Assembly: GCA_018985225.1 (NCBI GenBank)
Contig: JADGIF010000406.1
Location: forward strand, 1 to 9,221
DNA length: 9,221 nucleotides
Source: Amoeboradix gromovi X-113
Lineage: Eukaryota; Fungi; Sanchytriomycota
Direction: 5' to 3'
Shown here: positions 7,186 through 9,221 of the stretch, in pieces
Numbering within the stretch: the first letter of the stretch is position 1
Layout: each line of letters opens with the position of its first letter
Translations under genes and position numbers: made by a program
The notes under the pieces: generated by a model
The model's input: the letters and a program-made list of their open reading frames with translations, nothing else
The model's database searches: none
Told to the model about the DNA's origin: nothing

Positions 7186-7662
7186 TTACAGTTGACCATA
7201 GTTGTCAATCAGGGGGTCATCAAATTCAGAAAGCTCTGGCGGGAATAGAAAACATTGCTCTTGAAAATTAATCTGCTCGATTTTTTGTTCAATCTCTTGT
7301 ACCTCTGGTTTTGGCGGATGGAAATGCTTTATATGGCTGTTTAAAACATCTTGTCGGCTAACTTCTTTGCAGCAATAATGACATTTAAACACGGTAACAT
7401 GAATCTTTCTATGCCGACTTGCGGCACTTACATCAGAAAATCTTTTATTGCAGGTATCACAGGAGTAAGGCTTTTCACCCGTGTGGGTTCTCATATGAAC
7501 TTTCAATGCATTATTTTGGATAAATGCTTTTTTGCATATCTTACATATGTATTGCCGATCATCCAAGTGTATTTTCATATGTCTTTTTAAATCAGACCTT
7601 CTTGTAAAGCTTTTGTGGCATAACTCGCATTGAGCTCGACTTTTCGACTCATCCTTAATCAT
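7186..7662 (-). CDS. C2H2 zinc-finger transcription factor (4 fingers), 158 aa
   Basis: CELC..F.....L..HMKIH, CKIC..F.....L..HMRTH, the canonical TGEKPY linker, CDTC...HRKIH and CHYC...HIKHFH, followed by an acidic C-terminal tail. Confidence 0.93.
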   Translation of the reverse strand: MIKDESKSRAQCELCHKSFTRRSDLKRHMKIHLDDRQYICKICKKAFIQNNALKVHMRTHTGEKPYSCDTCNKRFSDVSAASRHRKIHVTVFKCHYCCKEVSRQDVLNSHIKHFHPPKPEVQEIEQKIEQINFQEQCFLFPPELSEFDDPLIDNYGQL

Positions 7663-7788
7663 TTAAGATATAATTTCCAGTCGTCTGTTTCGAATACATA
7701 CGTCAAAAAACTCGAAAGCAAGAAGCACCAGAATAATTTGCAAGTAATGGCTAACAGGTAAGCATCTTTCCTATTTACTATTTCTCCT

Positions 7789-9056
7789 ATGCTTCGTCGT
7801 TGCTTTAACAAAATCAAGGTAACAAAACCTATCGTAGAACTAGACGGCGATGAAATGACAAGAATCATGTGGAAAGACATAAAGGATGAACTGATTCTGC
7901 CATACTTGGATCTTGATATCAAATACTTTGACTTAGGGATTCAAAATCGTAATGATACAAATGATCAAATTACCAGGGAAGCTGCTTTTGCAATTCAGAA
8001 ATACAACGTTGGAATCAAATGTGCTACTATCACCCCAGATGAGCAGCGCGTACAAGAATTCAAACTTCATGAAATGTATAAATCACCAAATGGTACGATT
8101 AGAAGTATTCTGAACGGAACGGTTTTTCGTGAGCCCATCATCTTGGATATTCCAAGAGTTGTCCCTGGATGGACTAATCCTATAATTATTGGCAGGCATG
8201 CCTATGGTGATCAATATATTGCAACTGACATGTTAATAGATGGTCCTGGTATTTTAGAAATGAAGTGGAATCCAAAAAATGGCCCATCAAAAACTTTAAA
8301 GGTTCATGAGTTTGATGGCAGCGGTGTTGCATTGAGCATGTTTAACTTGGATGCAAGTATTTCTGGATTTGCCCATTCTTGCTTTCAGATGGGATTGCAG
8401 CGCCGATTACCAATGTATCTATCTACCAAGAATACGATTCTTAAGAAGTACGATGGTAGATTCAAAGATATATTCCAAGACATATATCAATCCACCTATA
8501 AGCAACAGTACGAAGAAGCAAAAATATGGTATGAGCATCGTTTAATTGATGATATGGTTGCTCAAGCACTCAAAGGAGTAATTTAATGCTTATTTAGAAT
8601 GGCGGTTTTGTATGGGCATGCAAGAATTATGATGGTGACGTTCAAAGTGATATCGTTGCCCAAGGGTTTGGAAGCTTAGGATTGATGACCTCTGTGTTAA
8701 TGACTCCAGACGGAAAGACTATGGAATCTGAAGCCGCACATGGAACTGTCACGAGACATTACAGAGAGCATTTAAAAGGTAAAGAAACCAGTACAAATCC
8801 AATTGCTAGCATTTTTGCATGGACAAGAGGGTTAGGATTCCGGGGAAAACTGGACAATAATACAGAGCTTACTAAATATTGCCATTTTCTGGAGTTAGCA
8901 TGTATTGACACCGTTAATGTGGATGGAGTAATGACTAAGGATTTGGCTCTTGCAAAGAAGGGAGTAGATTTGAAGAGAAGTGACTATGTAGTCACAAAAG
9001 ATTACATTGCACAGGTGAAATTAAGACTAGAAGAATCTTTGACAGCTAAATTATAA
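7789..9056 (+). CDS. IDP1: NADP-dependent isocitrate dehydrogenase, join(7789..8577,8598..9056), 415 aa
   Basis: [67 protein letters not shown]; after splicing ALKG|[18 protein letters not shown]; then [10 protein letters not shown] and [11 protein letters not shown]. Ends in -AKL*. The two ORF-track entries are one gene. Confidence 0.96.
8578..8597 (+). other. 20-nt GT-AG spliceosomal intron
   Basis: GTAATTTAATGCTTATTTAG. It contains an in-frame TAA, and its removal restores both the frame and the conserved [13 protein letters not shown] motif with no gap. Confidence 0.88.
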
Positions 9057-9109
9057 ATAAATTCAATTTGTCGCAACAAAACGTAAATAAGATAAAACAA
9101 TCTCCAAGA

Positions 9110-9221
9110 GGGACATCAAATATAAAAACTGGACTAACTTTCTATAACAACTTGGAACATTATTTAAGAGGCGAGTGGACATTCAGCTAGTTGCGGAGTT
9201 GACGAGTATAAAAGGAAAATA
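9110..9221. mobile_element. Second, inverted copy of the 3963-4535 TIR element (truncated by the window edge)
   Basis: Near-identical to the reverse complement of 4401-4535 except for a few substitutions, a 1-bp indel and a 24-bp deletion. Starts with GGGACATCAAATATAAAAACTGGACTAACT. Confidence 0.92.

Noticed and set aside
7745-7845. Upstream ATGGCTAACAG|GTAAGC as an alternative first exon of IDH
   Set aside because: None of the nearby AG acceptors gives an in-frame join; each leads to a stop within a few codons.
1-9221. CRISPR array, tRNA or rRNA genes
   Set aside because: I saw no regularly spaced repeats, cloverleaf or rRNA-like sequence.

Overview
Compact, AT-rich, intron-poor eukaryotic DNA in the standard genetic code, most likely from a fungus or early-diverging fungal relative (inference). 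Housekeeping genes: trifunctional HIS4 (+), calcineurin B (-), a hypothetical helical protein (+), glutathione peroxidase (+), a 4-finger C2H2 protein (-) and NADP-isocitrate dehydrogenase (+, with one 20-nt intron). The main signal is missing from the ORF track because the frame runs off the left edge: a GC-richer minus-strand frame at 1-825 encodes a Fanzor1-type (eukaryotic TnpB-derived, RNA-guided RuvC nuclease) protein. It keeps the D-E-D catalytic motifs but lacks the zinc-finger segment between RuvC-II and RuvC-III. A second, decayed Fanzor/TnpB-like remnant (~6457-6850, -) is followed directly by a nested stem-loop where an omegaRNA would be expected. Two families of non-autonomous TIR elements are also present (3963-4535 with an inverted second copy at 9110->9221, and 5439-5653). 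All family calls come from manual translation and motif recognition; no searches were run.
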